NCBI GenBank assembly: GCA_943355155.1
Contig: CALREJ010000001.1
Location: 2,785-66,784, forward strand
DNA length: 64,000 bases
Source of the DNA: Candidatus Peribacteria bacterium
GTDB taxonomy: Bacteria; Patescibacteriota; Gracilibacteria; Peribacterales; Peribacteraceae
Direction of reading: 5' to 3'
Both the position numbers and the translations under genes were made by a program. The notes beneath the pieces are model-generated. The model worked only from the letters and a program-made list of their open reading frames with translations, was not told the DNA's origin and did no database searches. Position 1 is the stretch's first letter. Each line of letters begins with the position of its first letter. Of this stretch, positions 38,444 to 50,500 are shown one piece after another.

Positions 38444-38557
38444 GCACCAAGTATAGCATCAGTTTATTAGTAGCTCTCAATCACAATGTTTTAATACGTT
38501 GGAACTGAGAGGGCTTTACTCTTCGATGTGTACAGAACTGTGATAGGCTTGGGATAT

Positions 38558-39013
38558 ATGGAATATTCGTTAGTAATTTACGACTCACCACTTGGCAAAC
38601 TTCTTATAAAGATGACGAAGAAGGGAATTACAGAGATAACGTTGATGAATAAAAAAAGTAATCAAATATTTCATTTCTATAAAGGGTCAAATACATATAT
38701 GAAACAATTAAAAAATTACTTTTCTGGTGTATCTAAAACCATCAATCTGCCACTTGATATTTCCGGAACGGATTTTCAGAAGGCTGTGTGGACGGCGACA
38801 TTGAAAATTCCGTATGGAAAAACGGCAACGTACTCGGATATTGCGAAGATGATTGGAAAACCAAAAGCTGTGCGAGCGGTTGGAACTGCACTCGCCAAGA
38901 ATCCTGTATGCATTGTCATTCCATGCCATCGAGTTCTTCCGAAGACTGGAGGAATTGGGAAGTATGCCTTGGGGGAGAAGGTGAAGAAGTGGTTGCTTCA
39001 GCATGAGAAGTAA
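38558..39013 (+). CDS. ogt: Methylated-DNA--protein-cysteine methyltransferase
   Basis: Active site IPCHRV. FQKAVWTATLKIPYGKTATYSDIA. I preferred the ATG at 38558 over the upstream GTG. Confidence 0.85.
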   Translation: MEYSLVIYDSPLGKLLIKMTKKGITEITLMNKKSNQIFHFYKGSNTYMKQLKNYFSGVSKTINLPLDISGTDFQKAVWTATLKIPYGKTATYSDIAKMIGKPKAVRAVGTALAKNPVCIVIPCHRVLPKTGGIGKYALGEKVKKWLLQHEK

Positions 39014-39108
39014 GGGTTTTCTGTTGCTTTTGGTCAAAGGATCTATACCATATGCCCACTTCAGGCTTTTGCGAGCCATTTTCTCTTATTTTCGTTCAAT
39101 ACTATCGT

Positions 39109-40902
39109 ATGCAGATCCGCAATATCGCTATTATCGCTCACGTTGACCATGGGAAGACCACTCTTGTTGACGCTTTGCTAAAGCAGGGAGGTGCTTTTGA
39201 GGCTCATGAGCAGGTGGGGGAACTGATTATGGATAGCAACGATCAGGAGCGAGAGCGAGGGATTACGATTTATGCCAAGAACACGTCGATTCAATACAAG
39301 GATTGTAAGGTGAATATCGTGGATACGCCGGGGCACGCGGATTTCGGTTCCGAAGTCGAACGCATTCTTCGAACAGTCGACTGCGTTCTACTTGTCGTCG
39401 ATGCTCAGGAAGGACCAATGCCGCAGACAAAATTTGTTCTTAAAAAGTCTCTACAGCTTGGGCTAAAACCAATTGTTGTCATCAATAAAATTGATAAACC
39501 TGCCGCTCGTGCTCTAAAAGTTGTCGATATGGTGTTTGATCTCTTCGTGACGCTCGGTGCAAACGATGAACAGCTCGATTTCCCCTATATTTTCGCGATT
39601 GCCCGTGAAGGTGTTGCGAAGATGAAGCTCGAAGACGAATCGACAAACTTAAACCCGCTTTTTGAATTGATCATGAAGCACGTGCCTCCTGCTTTACAGA
39701 ACACTGCTGCGCCTTTTCGTATGCAACCTTCCAGCCTTGGATACGACAACTACGTTGGTCGTTTGGCGATCGGACGTGTGTATGAAGGAACGGCTAAGGT
39801 TGGCGATAAAGTCTATATCCGTAATGACGAAGGCAAAGTGCGCACGGGTAAAATCAGCAAGATTTTCGTCTATCTTGGACTCAAAAGAGTGGAAGTTACC
39901 GAGGCGAATGCCGGTGATATTGTCATCATTGCGGGAATTCCGGATATTTACGTAGGGGAAACGATTGCTACAGCGGAGGACACGCCGGCACTCCCAGCAC
40001 TTCGCATCGATCCTCCAACCGTGACGATGACATTCATGGTCAATGATTCTCCGTTTGCCGGAAAAGAAGGGAAGCTCGTTACCACACGTCACATCAAGGC
40101 TCGTCTTGAGAAAGAAAAAGAGACAAACGTCGGACTGCAAGTCGCTGAAGTGCCGAACAGCGATAGCTACAAAGTTTCCGGACGCGGGGAACTCCACCTC
40201 TCCGTTCTATTGGAAGATATGCGCAGAGAAGGATTTGAAGTGCAGGTATCACGTCCTCAGGTGATTATGCGTGAGGGGGCTACCGGTAAAAAGGAAGAGC
40301 CGATTGAGCAGGCAATTATTGATGTACCGGAGACATTTGCAGGGACGATCATCGATCTGCTGAATCGCAGAAAAGGCGAATTGGTCGATATGCGAACGGA
40401 GGCGGGACATTGTCGTATGGAATTTAAAATCCCGACGCGCGGACTTCTTGGCTTCCGCGGAGATTTCATCATCGAGACAAAAGGCGAGGGAATCCTGAAT
40501 CACTCGTTTGCGGAATATTCTGAGTACAAAGGAGACTTGCCGGGACGCACGAGAGGCTCGATGATTTCGATGCTCGGGGGCGAAGCGACAGCCTATGATA
40601 TCTGGAAACTGCAGGAGCGCGGTCATATGTTTATCACTCCCACAACCAAAATGTACGAAGGAATGATCATTGGTGAAAGTTCCAAAGATCAGGATTTGGT
40701 GGTGAACGTCACAAAAGGAAAAAAACTTTCGAACATGCGCGCCTCGGGAAGTGATGATGCGATTACTCTTGTCCCTGTGAAGCCGATGACGCTTGAGCAG
40801 GCACTTGAATATATCGACGATGATGAGCTGGTGGAGATCACACCGACGAATATTCGTCTTCGGAAGAAACTGCTTACGGAGAATGAGAGGAAGAGGGGGT
40901 GA
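39109..40902 (+). CDS. typA: Translational GTPase TypA/BipA
   Basis: [25 protein letters not shown] and NKID, with EF-G-like domains and a BipA-type C-terminus. ATG at 39109 (MQIRNI...). Confidence 0.92.
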   Translation: MQIRNIAIIAHVDHGKTTLVDALLKQGGAFEAHEQVGELIMDSNDQERERGITIYAKNTSIQYKDCKVNIVDTPGHADFGSEVERILRTVDCVLLVVDAQEGPMPQTKFVLKKSLQLGLKPIVVINKIDKPAARALKVVDMVFDLFVTLGANDEQLDFPYIFAIAREGVAKMKLEDESTNLNPLFELIMKHVPPALQNTAAPFRMQPSSLGYDNYVGRLAIGRVYEGTAKVGDKVYIRNDEGKVRTGKISKIFVYLGLKRVEVTEANAGDIVIIAGIPDIYVGETIATAEDTPALPALRIDPPTVTMTFMVNDSPFAGKEGKLVTTRHIKARLEKEKETNVGLQVAEVPNSDSYKVSGRGELHLSVLLEDMRREGFEVQVSRPQVIMREGATGKKEEPIEQAIIDVPETFAGTIIDLLNRRKGELVDMRTEAGHCRMEFKIPTRGLLGFRGDFIIETKGEGILNHSFAEYSEYKGDLPGRTRGSMISMLGGEATAYDIWKLQERGHMFITPTTKMYEGMIIGESSKDQDLVVNVTKGKKLSNMRASGSDDAITLVPVKPMTLEQALEYIDDDELVEITPTNIRLRKKLLTENERKRG

Positions 40903-40906
40903 TGGG

Positions 40907-41043
40907 GTTTAGGAGTTAGGAGATAGCTTTCTAGCTTCTATTTAAGATTTTCTTGCAGCAAATTTAAAACAGAAATTCCTTATAGAAGCTAGCAGCTGAT
41001 TCCTAGTTCCCAAATTTTCGTACCTAGTTTCTAGCTCCTAAAC
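40907..41043. repeat. Nested inverted repeats in the typA / lipoprotein-gene spacer
   Basis: gtttaggag (40907-15) pairs with ctcctaaac (41035-43). ctagcttctat (40931-41) pairs with atagaagctag (40982-92). The element begins 5 nt after the typA stop. Confidence 0.5.
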
Positions 41044-41060
41044 CGTGTTACAATTTTTAT

Positions 41061-41561
41061 ATGAGACGACTATGTATTTTTCTTTCTGCGGTATCACTTC
41101 TCTGTCTCACCGCGTGCGACCGGACACCGGTCGAGCCGCCGTCGATTGATTTTATTGGGATTGCGACGGGCAGTTTGACGACGGATTTGAACGCACTCAA
41201 GTTTCGAAACAGTTTTAAGAAAGAGGAGACGCAGCTCGTTGGTATTGTTGGATTTAGTCACATTGATGCAGGAAGCACCGCGCAGGCGACGTGGTATTCG
41301 CCGGATGAGCGTACACCGCCAATCGGTCGTTCGTCTGCGATCACCCAACCCGGTGCGCGCACGGCGCGGTTTAGCTTTGCGTCGGGGGATGGGCCATGGA
41401 CATCGAACAGTTATAAATTGCGCGTGGATATCACGACAGGGCATGGGATTCGTAAGCAGACCGCAACGGGAAGTTTGTTTTTCTATATCGACAAAAGCGA
41501 TAGCGAAATTCGCGCGTACCAAGAAGAATATCGTGCGTGGCTGAAAGATATGAAGAAGTGA
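41061..41561 (+). CDS. Lipoprotein (166 aa), function unknown
   Basis: Signal plus lipobox LLCLTAC. Its stop codon directly abuts the stop of the giant convergent gene (tga|tca). Confidence 0.7.
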   Translation: MRRLCIFLSAVSLLCLTACDRTPVEPPSIDFIGIATGSLTTDLNALKFRNSFKKEETQLVGIVGFSHIDAGSTAQATWYSPDERTPPIGRSSAITQPGARTARFSFASGDGPWTSNSYKLRVDITTGHGIRKQTATGSLFFYIDKSDSEIRAYQEEYRAWLKDMKK

Positions 41562-44500
41562 TCAGACCTTTGTGTTCACAGTGTAGATGCGCTCAGTCGG
41601 ATTTTTTCTGCGGTTGCTCCAGATCATCATTGCCCAGCCGATGTTACTGAGAGCAAGCAGTCCGATGATGATCCAGCCGTAGACAGGGATGACCATGCCA
41701 CTCGTTTGGCGTGAAGAGTCTGCGACGACGAGTTGAATGAGAGGAAGTGCAACATCGAGTTGCTTCTGTTCATCGAGGGACATTGTTGCCGGAGGCTCGA
41801 TGATGAAGTCGCGCTTTTGGATTGTTCCGTCTTTGACGTGGATTTCGATCTGGTGCTTGCCGGTTTCGACATCGTGGAAGGTCGCGATACCGTCGGTGTT
41901 TGTCACTGCGACTTTCGGGGTGGAGAAAAGCACAACGGGAGTGTTTGCGAATGGATTTCCGATAGAATCGAGCACGCTCATGCTGAGGCTTGCAATGAGA
42001 ACCTGACCATTAAGCTTTCGCATACTTGTCTTATATTTGAGCGGCGGAGGTATAGTCTGTGTTGCGATTTGCGGTGTCTGCGTCGAAGTGAACCTCGATG
42101 CAATCGTTGTGACAACGTTGCTCGTGTCGGAAGCAATGTTCCCCGCAATCGTTTGTGTCTCGATGATCGCGCGTGCGATCTGGAGGCCTGTCCATTCCAT
42201 GCCGTTTTGCGCGACTCCTCCCGCTACTCCTGCTGCGGATTTGACCTGCAGCGCAACGAGTGCCGGCGTATCAGACACATTGCGTCCGACGAGTGCGATT
42301 GCATTGGTTACAGTATCTTCCGCACGGTTTCCGGTGCGTGCGACGGTCGACTGCGTATCCAAGGCGCGCAGAGCAATTTGGCCTCCGCCGAGTGTAGTGC
42401 GGATGATCTGAGATTGCAGAGAGTCAGATGCATTCTTTAGACCTGTGCCGGTTGTTGCGACGATGCTCGAACCTGCGCGGATCGTTTGCAGTGCGGCGCT
42501 GCCGACATTTTTCACAGCACTGCTTGTTGTTGTAGCGACGAGTGTGACGGTGTCACGCGCTGTGCGGCCGATTCCTGTGCCAACGTTTGCCGTGAAGCTT
42601 GCGACCGCGCGCACCGAGTTTGATGCGACTTTTCCGACAGCACCCAGTTCCTGCATGCGGAGGAGGGCGATGTCACCCGTGCGAATAACTGCATCCGATG
42701 TATTTCCTATGATCTGCAGTGTGCCATTTCCGAGTCGGCTGATTTGGAGGAACGCGAGTGAACCTGCATCACGCACTCCGCCTGTGACGCCGGCAATAAC
42801 GGAGCGTGTGTTATCTACAGTAGTATTGAATATCTGCTGTGTTCCGTTTCCGACGTATGCGACTGCGGTACCAATTGATGTTGCAGTGCGGCCTGCGAAT
42901 CCGGAGACGGACTCCACAGTTCTGAGTGCAATCGCGCGCGTTTCGCCGGACGCAGTATCGATGAAGGTGTTGACTCCTCTGCCGACACTCACAAACGTAT
43001 CAGCCACAATCTTCGCGCCACGACCCGCTGCACTCATCGCGTTTCCGAGATACTTCGCAGCATTCGATGCGGGAATGGCTGCGTAATCGACAGCGGTTCC
43101 GAACCGAATAGAAATCTTCTTCGCGAGATCCTGAGTCTTGGCTTCTTTTTCTATGACTGCTTCGACTTGTTTCACAGCAGGTGCTTTTGGAAGAGTCAGG
43201 CGTTCGATCGTGGGGATCACAGATTTTTGGCCAGTCGAACTATTCGATCCGTCCGTTCTTTCGACAATCGGTTCGGCAGTGGCGACAATTGGCCGTCCGC
43301 GACGTGCGCCGGGGGTTTGTTCGATGTCATTGCTTGTTGATTCGGTGCTTGTAGCAGTGGATGAGCTCGATGAACTTTCTGTGGAAGTGAGTGTGTAGCC
43401 GAAGTATTCGTGTTTGATCTGTCCTCCCGTGCCAAAGCTCACAGAGCGGCTGTTACTGGTGGTTGTCGTGTAGCCGCTCGGAGGTTCCGCAGCGACAATG
43501 AAGTTGCCGTTTGCGGTCGGGAGATTGCTGAAGAGATATGTACCGCTTGCGTTGCTTCTGGTTGTCTGGCTCACGGTTCCGCCTGTCCCCGATGTGCCTG
43601 TGAGAGTCACGGTTGAACCCGAGAATGCCGTTTCGCCTTCGTCTTTGATACCGTTGCTGTTTGCTTCTAGGAAGACAGAACCGCTGAGGGTATTCACACG
43701 TACGTATCCGAAGTTGATATTAATGAGTCCACCAGTTCCAAGCACGTTGCTGCCGGAACTATTGAAGCGCGTGCGCAGGTATCCCGTTGGTGCAGTGTTG
43801 CTGTTCACCGTCACCGTGTAGCCTGCAGAGCTACTGACAAGTGTTCCGGAGAAGAAGAATTGTCCTGTGCTCGCAGTCGTTGTACTGCGGTTAAGGGTCA
43901 TGCCTGTTCCCGTGTTTCCCGTGAGAGCAACGCTGACACCACTGAGGCCTGTGATTTCGTCACCGTCTTTGGTGCCGTCGCCGTCGCTGTCACTCCAAAG
44001 GAGACCCTTCATCGTTCCTGTGTTCGGGAATCCCCAGCGGACGTTATTGCTGCTGTTCACACAACCCGTCAGACAATCGATCGATGTACTGTTCAGGTTA
44101 TTGCTATCTTTGACATCAACGTATTCTACGGATCGCGTGCCGCTCGGGTCGATCTTCCATTGCGTTCCCATTTGGCTCGAACGCAAGCTGAGAAGATTGG
44201 CTGTCAGTCCATTCAATGTCAGCGTGTTTGTCACCGTTTGCGTCGTCGTCGCAGCGAAGGTCAGGGTTCTCGCAGCTGTCACGCTCTTTGTCAGGTTGTA
44301 GAAGGTGGTGCTTCCACTCATTGTTTGATCTTTTCCTGAGAGCACTACGGTTCCTGCGCCTGCGCTGAAGCCTGCATTCACGGCACTCGTCTTCAGCCAG
44401 CTGCCCGACAAGGTGATGCGTTGCGCACTATTCACCGTCAGTGTTCCACCGCTGATCGTGAGTGACCCAGACAGGTTCAGTTGTCCGGTCGGGAGATTGA

Positions 44501-47500
44501 AGACAGTTGATCCCGTCGATCCGATGACGACGTTTTGGTACGGAGCATTCGGCAGTGTCACAGTTCCGCCCGCTTTGTCGTACCATGTGACGGCATTTCT
44601 GTGCGCGAAGCGACTGCCTGTCACAGTGATTGTTTCATCGCCGTCCATGCGAAGTGTTGTGCCTGTGCCTTGTGTCAGGTTGCCCGTAACACTCAGGGCA
44701 TTGCCGTTCAAGTTCAGTATTCCGCCCGTCATATTCAGGCTTTGGTTTGCGGTGCCGAGTGTGAGTGCGCCGGAGAGAGTGACCATTCCCGCGGGTTTCG
44801 CGATCGTCCAGTTGCCGCTTGTGAAACTTCCATTGCCGGACCAGTATTGCTGCGTGCCCGTGCCACTGAGCTGCAGTGCACTCGTGCTGTAGTTATTGGC
44901 ATTATGCAATTTGATGTCTCCGCGTGCATCGATGGTGCCGCCGTAGAATCCACCGCTTGATCCGACATCAAACAAATGTTGTGTCGTCAGTTTTTGTCCG
45001 GTTGCGATGTTTATAAATCCACTGTCATTAAAGTACATGTCGTAGAACACGGGATTTGCGGAGAGGTTCATCGTACTTGTTGATGTATTGAATGGTTTCA
45101 AGAGGAATGATCCGTTGTTATGGTTGAATGTTCCACCGGTGATATTGATCTGAATCGGCACAGCACCACGGGTGTCGAGAGTCGTTGTGCCGGAAGGTGC
45201 CGTGAATGTGCCGCCTTCCATAGAGAATTTTGGCCCCCATGTCACTCCGCTTTCATTATCAAAGGTCAGATCACCCGTACTTCCCGTGATCGTACCGCTC
45301 ATCAAATCTACGCCGCTTCCAAAGGTGACTGTTCCGCTCGCAGGCAGTGTGACTGTGGTTGCGGCAGCATTGAGTACCATACCCGGCATGCCACTCGCAC
45401 CCAGACTGATCGATTGGTTATTGGAGGAAATGTAGAGCGTTCCATATCCCAGTGAGAATGTAGCTTTATGAGTCATGGTTCCCTGCACGTTCACTCTGCC
45501 ATAGAGGAGCGAGCCTTTGTTCAGTGCCAGTGCGTTCGCTACCGAGATCGTTCCGGCAACAGCGTTCACATTTCCGCCGCTCATCGTGTAGTTATACAGA
45601 GTGAGTCCATTAGGCGCGACGAAGGTTTGTGTGTAGGTCGTGGAGAGAAGTTTCGTGATCACCGTACCGTTGTTATGGCTGAAAGTATTCGCAATGGTGA
45701 CAGTGTTGTTTCCCGTCGTCGCGACGTTTCCGAGCACGAGACCCGACGACGTAGAGACGAAAGTGCCTCCTTTCAATGTAAGATCGGCAGCCTTACCCGT
45801 GACACCACTCAGATAAATCGTTTCGCTTCCACCGGTGAATGTTCCTCCACTTTGGCTGAGCCCAGCTGTCACGGTGATCTTATTCGCACCTTGTGTCATT
45901 GTTCCGTTAATCAGCAGAGAAGCAGGGGAGAATGTGTCGGTGAGGTTCAGGGTCGTACCGCTCCAGAGCCAGACTTTTGCAGAAGACGTGCTCATGGCAT
46001 CTGCAGTACCGGCCGCAAGAATTTGATTGGGGTCACTCATGGAGCCGACTGCGATGCGCAGCACTCTGTTTGTCAGTGGCGACGAGACGTTGAACCCTGA
46101 TCCATATTTCAGAATCACGTTGTTTTTCACAAGGATGACACCGGTCATGTTCGCACCTGTGGTGCCGCCGGTTCCCATCGTGATGGTGTTTGCCGCACCG
46201 CTTGTCAGCGCGTCACCCACGAATGACATGATTGTCCCACCGGTGATGGACATATTGCTGAATGTAAATTGTCCACCTGCGTCCGTCGTTGTGGTATTCG
46301 CCGTATCTGATCCGTTTATTCTGAGTCTGATCGCAGCGCTGGGTCCTTCCGGAATGGTCATTGCTGCGTCGCGGTAAAACTTTCCGGTGATCGAGTAGAT
46401 GGCAGTGTTCGTCAATGTCCAGTTTGTGTTATTCAGACTGTCCGTACATCCGACTGTACAGTCGATTGCCGTTGCGTTCGTATTGTTACTGTCCTTCACA
46501 TCGACATATTGTATTGACCTGCTTCCACTCGGATTGATTTTCCATTGAGTTCCCGTCTGACTCGAGCGCAGACTGAGCTGATTGCTCGATGCGCCATTCA
46601 GTGTCAGCGCATTCGTCACGGTCTGTGTTGTCGTCGCTGCGAAGGTCAGTGTGCGTGCAGCAGTGACGGACTTTGTGAGGTTATAGAATGTCGTACTGCC
46701 GCTGAGTGTCTGGTCTCTGCCGGAGAGGAGCACCGTTCCCGTTCCTGCTGTAAATATTGCATTCGCAGCAGTGGTCTTGAGCCAACTTCCCGACAGGTTC
46801 ACGCGTTGTGCATTCGTCGTTGCGAGTGTTCCTCCGGAAATGGTGAGTGATCCGGAGAGGTTCAATTGTCCCGTCGGCAAGCGGAAGACGGTTGATCCTG
46901 TCGAACCGATGATGACGTTTTGGTACGGAAGGTTTGGCAATGCGACAGTTGATGCGCTCGGGCTGTCGTACCAGATGGTCGATTTGCTCTGACCGAGGAT
47001 CGTCGTGTAGGTCAGTGTTTCCGTGCCGCGCCAACGCATGGTTGTGCCCGTACCGACGATGAGAGTTTTACTAACCGTCAGATTTCTTCCGTTGATGTTC
47101 AATGTGCCACCCGTCAGGTTCAGGTTTCCTTTTGTGAAGTTTAACGATGCGCCTGATAGTGTAACGATGCCTGCGGACTTTCCGATCGTGGTGCCCGAGG
47201 CTGCGAATGTTCCACCCGATTGCGTCAGGGTCTGGTTCGCGCTGCCTGTAAACATCACTTTCACGTTGGGGTTACCAAATGTCACACCGCCGGTTGTACC
47301 TCCCACTTTGACGAGTGTCATGGCACCCTGAAGGTTGATGCTCGCGCGGTTGGCGGTTGTGGCGCTGTATGTTCTGGTGTTGGTGCCGCTCGTCTTATTG
47401 ACTGTCAAGGCATTTGCCACTGTCATACTGCCAGACAACGTCGTTGTCGTAGCGGTGCTATCGACAGAATTGAATGTGAGATTGTAGAAGATTGTGCTGG

Positions 47501-50500
47501 GAGTGATGATTGTCTGTGCAATCGCAGTTGCGGGAGTAAAGCTCACCGTTCCGCTGTTATGCGTGAACGTTCCCGCAGTGAGGAAGGTGCTGGTGGCCGT
47601 ACCACTCATCAGGAATCCGCTGCTCGTGCTGGTGAATGTACCGGCTCGTTGACTGAAGGTCGTACTGACGTTGATCGTCTGCGATCCGCCTGTGAACGTA
47701 CCACCCGATTGTGTGAGGTTTGTGAGAATCATTTTGTGTGCTCCCTGCGTCATATTTCCATTGATGTGCGCGTACGTTGCGGTCAGGGTTCCGCCTAGCT
47801 GCAACGTGGAACCCGTCCAGACGTACAGCTTCTTTCCTGTGGCAATGGTGATGTCGTCGGAACTGTTTGTGTAGATCGCCGTCATATCTCCGTATCCTCT
47901 GTTCTTTGCGATTCTAAGCATCGAGCTTGTGACAGGAGAACTGATATTGAATCCGCTGCCATACTTCACGATCAAATTATTTTTGATCAGCGTCATGCCG
48001 GTCATGTTTGCGCCGACTGACGATGTGCCGCTGCCATACGAAACCGTGACTGCCTTGTTCGTTGTGCTTCCTGCAATGTACAAGCCAATCACCGATCCGC
48101 CGGTGAGACTGAGGTTACTGATCGTATACTGTCCGCCGTTATCGACCGCGCCCGTTCCTGCCACCACTCCGCCGTTGATCGACACAGCGACGCTCACGCC
48201 CGTGAGAGGCACTGTGCCGCCTGTGTTACTGTAGACAGTTCCAACGATGGTTTTGCCGATCCCCCAGTTCGTGTTGTTTCCGCTACTCACCGTGAGTGCC
48301 ATCGGGCTGCTTGTGTTGTTGCTGTCCTTTACATCGAGGTAATTCATCGTGCGTACGCCGCTGGCATTGATGATCCACTGTGTTCCCGTTTGACTCGATC
48401 GCAGATTCAGATTGTTCGTGGACGTTCCCTGAAGCGTGAGGAGCGTTGTGATTGATTGCGTCGTCGTTGCGGCGAACGTGAGTGTCTGAGATTTACTTCC
48501 GGTGACGGTTTTTGTCAGTTTGTTAAACGTGTTGCTGCCGCTCATCGTTTGGTCACTGCCGCTGAGCAAGACGGTTCCAGTTCCGGCAGTAAATGTTGCC
48601 GCCGTTGTCTTCAACCAGCTACCCGAAAGGTTGAGGACTTGTCCGCCGTTCACATTCAACGTTCCTCCACTGATCGTGAGTGATCCGGAAAGGTTCAGTT
48701 GTCCCACCGGCAATTTATAGATCGCCGAACCCGATGATCCGATGACGACGTTTTGATACGGAACTGCCGGCAATGTCACAGTTGTTCCTGCTTTGTCATA
48801 CCATGTCGTGGAATTCCTATGCGCAAATCTGCGGCCACTCACGCTGATCGTTTGATTTCCATCTAGCCTCAATGTTGTTCCTGTTCCCACAACGAAGTTT
48901 CTGCCGGTCGTGAGTCTGTTTCCATCGAGGTTCAGGGTCCCTCCGCTCAGGATCAAATCCTGCGCAGTTCCACGGAGGAGCAGTCCTGTTCCTGCAGTCA
49001 CGACACCTGCAGTTTTATTGATCACGACGCTTCCCGAGAATGTTCCTTTCGAAGGAGAGAATGACTGACTATTTGTTCCTGTCATCAGCAATGTCACGTT
49101 ATCACCAAAACCGGATTTGGCCTGCAGTGCGGAATAGTCACCTTGCAGAGTGATAGTGATTGGACTTGTTGCCGACCATCCGCGCGTTGCAGTCGGTGAT
49201 AAATTCGCCGGCAGTGTCAGACTATGTGTGACCGTGAAACTGTCTGCAAGCGTAGTGGTGCTGACGGCAGTTGCGTTATGATTCAGCTGAACGTCGTAGA
49301 ATGTTGCTCCTGCCGTCGTGATAGTGAAGGCGGAATTTCCTGTTTGTACTACATCCACTAAACCGCTGTTATGTGTGAACGTAGCGTTATTTGTGCGTGT
49401 GAAATCACCGTAGATTTGCAGTGTGGTGGCAGGAGCCAAGAACGTACCACCTTTTTGACTGAAGGTGGTCGCAGTCATTGCTGGTGTATCCGTTGCATTC
49501 ATCGTGCCCCCGCTTTGCGTAAACGTCGTGACTACTATCCCATTCCCCGGATCCGTTACGATCAGATTTCCATTGACATGCAGGAAGTCGCTGTTCAGAT
49601 CGACAGCGGAATTGAGGTCTAGTGTTGATCCGCTCCAGATGAAGATTCTTTTACCGGTGTTCGCTACAATACCGGTACTGTCCGCGTAGAAAATGGCATT
49701 TATATCACTGATATCCGCATTATCTGCTGTGTTCAAGATTGTCGCAGTCACAGGCGAGCTGACATTGAATCCGCTTCCATATTTTATAATCAGGTTATTC
49801 TTGATCAGTGTCATGCCTGTCATGTTTGCGCCGACGGTCGACGTGCCGCTACCATTCGAGACGGTCACTGCATTGTGTGATGCTGAACCCGAAATATAGA
49901 GCGCAACGACTGTGCCGCCCGTGAAGTTTTGGGCGGTGATTGTGTATTCTCCTCCTGTGTCGGTGGCATCTGTACCGCTCACGGCTCCACCATTGAGTGA
50001 CACGCCCACCGTGACACCGCTGATTGGCACTGTTCCACCCGTATCACTGTAGACTTTTCCGGTGATAGATGTACTTGCTGTCGAGAATGTCCAGTTCGTG
50101 TTATTCAAGCTGTTTGTACATCCTGTCGTGCAGCTGATCGCTGTGCCATGGATATTATTGCTGTCTTTGACATCGACGTATTGGATCGATCGACTTCCAC
50201 TCGGATCAATTTTCCACTTCGTACCTGTTTGACTCGAACGCAGACTGAGGAGATTCCCGAGCGTGCCGTTGAGTGTCAGCGTGTTGGTGACTGTCTGTGT
50301 CGTCGTCGCGGCAAAAGTGAGTGTTCTCGCAGCCGTCACGGATTTCGTGAGGTTATAGAACGTCGTGCTGCCGCTCAGTGTCTGGTCTCTTCCGGACAGC
50401 AACACTGTTCCCGTTCCTGCGGTGAAGATTGCATTGGCTGCAGTCGTTTTGAGCCAGCTGCCGGACAAGTTGATACGCTGCGCATTCGTCGTAGCCAGCG

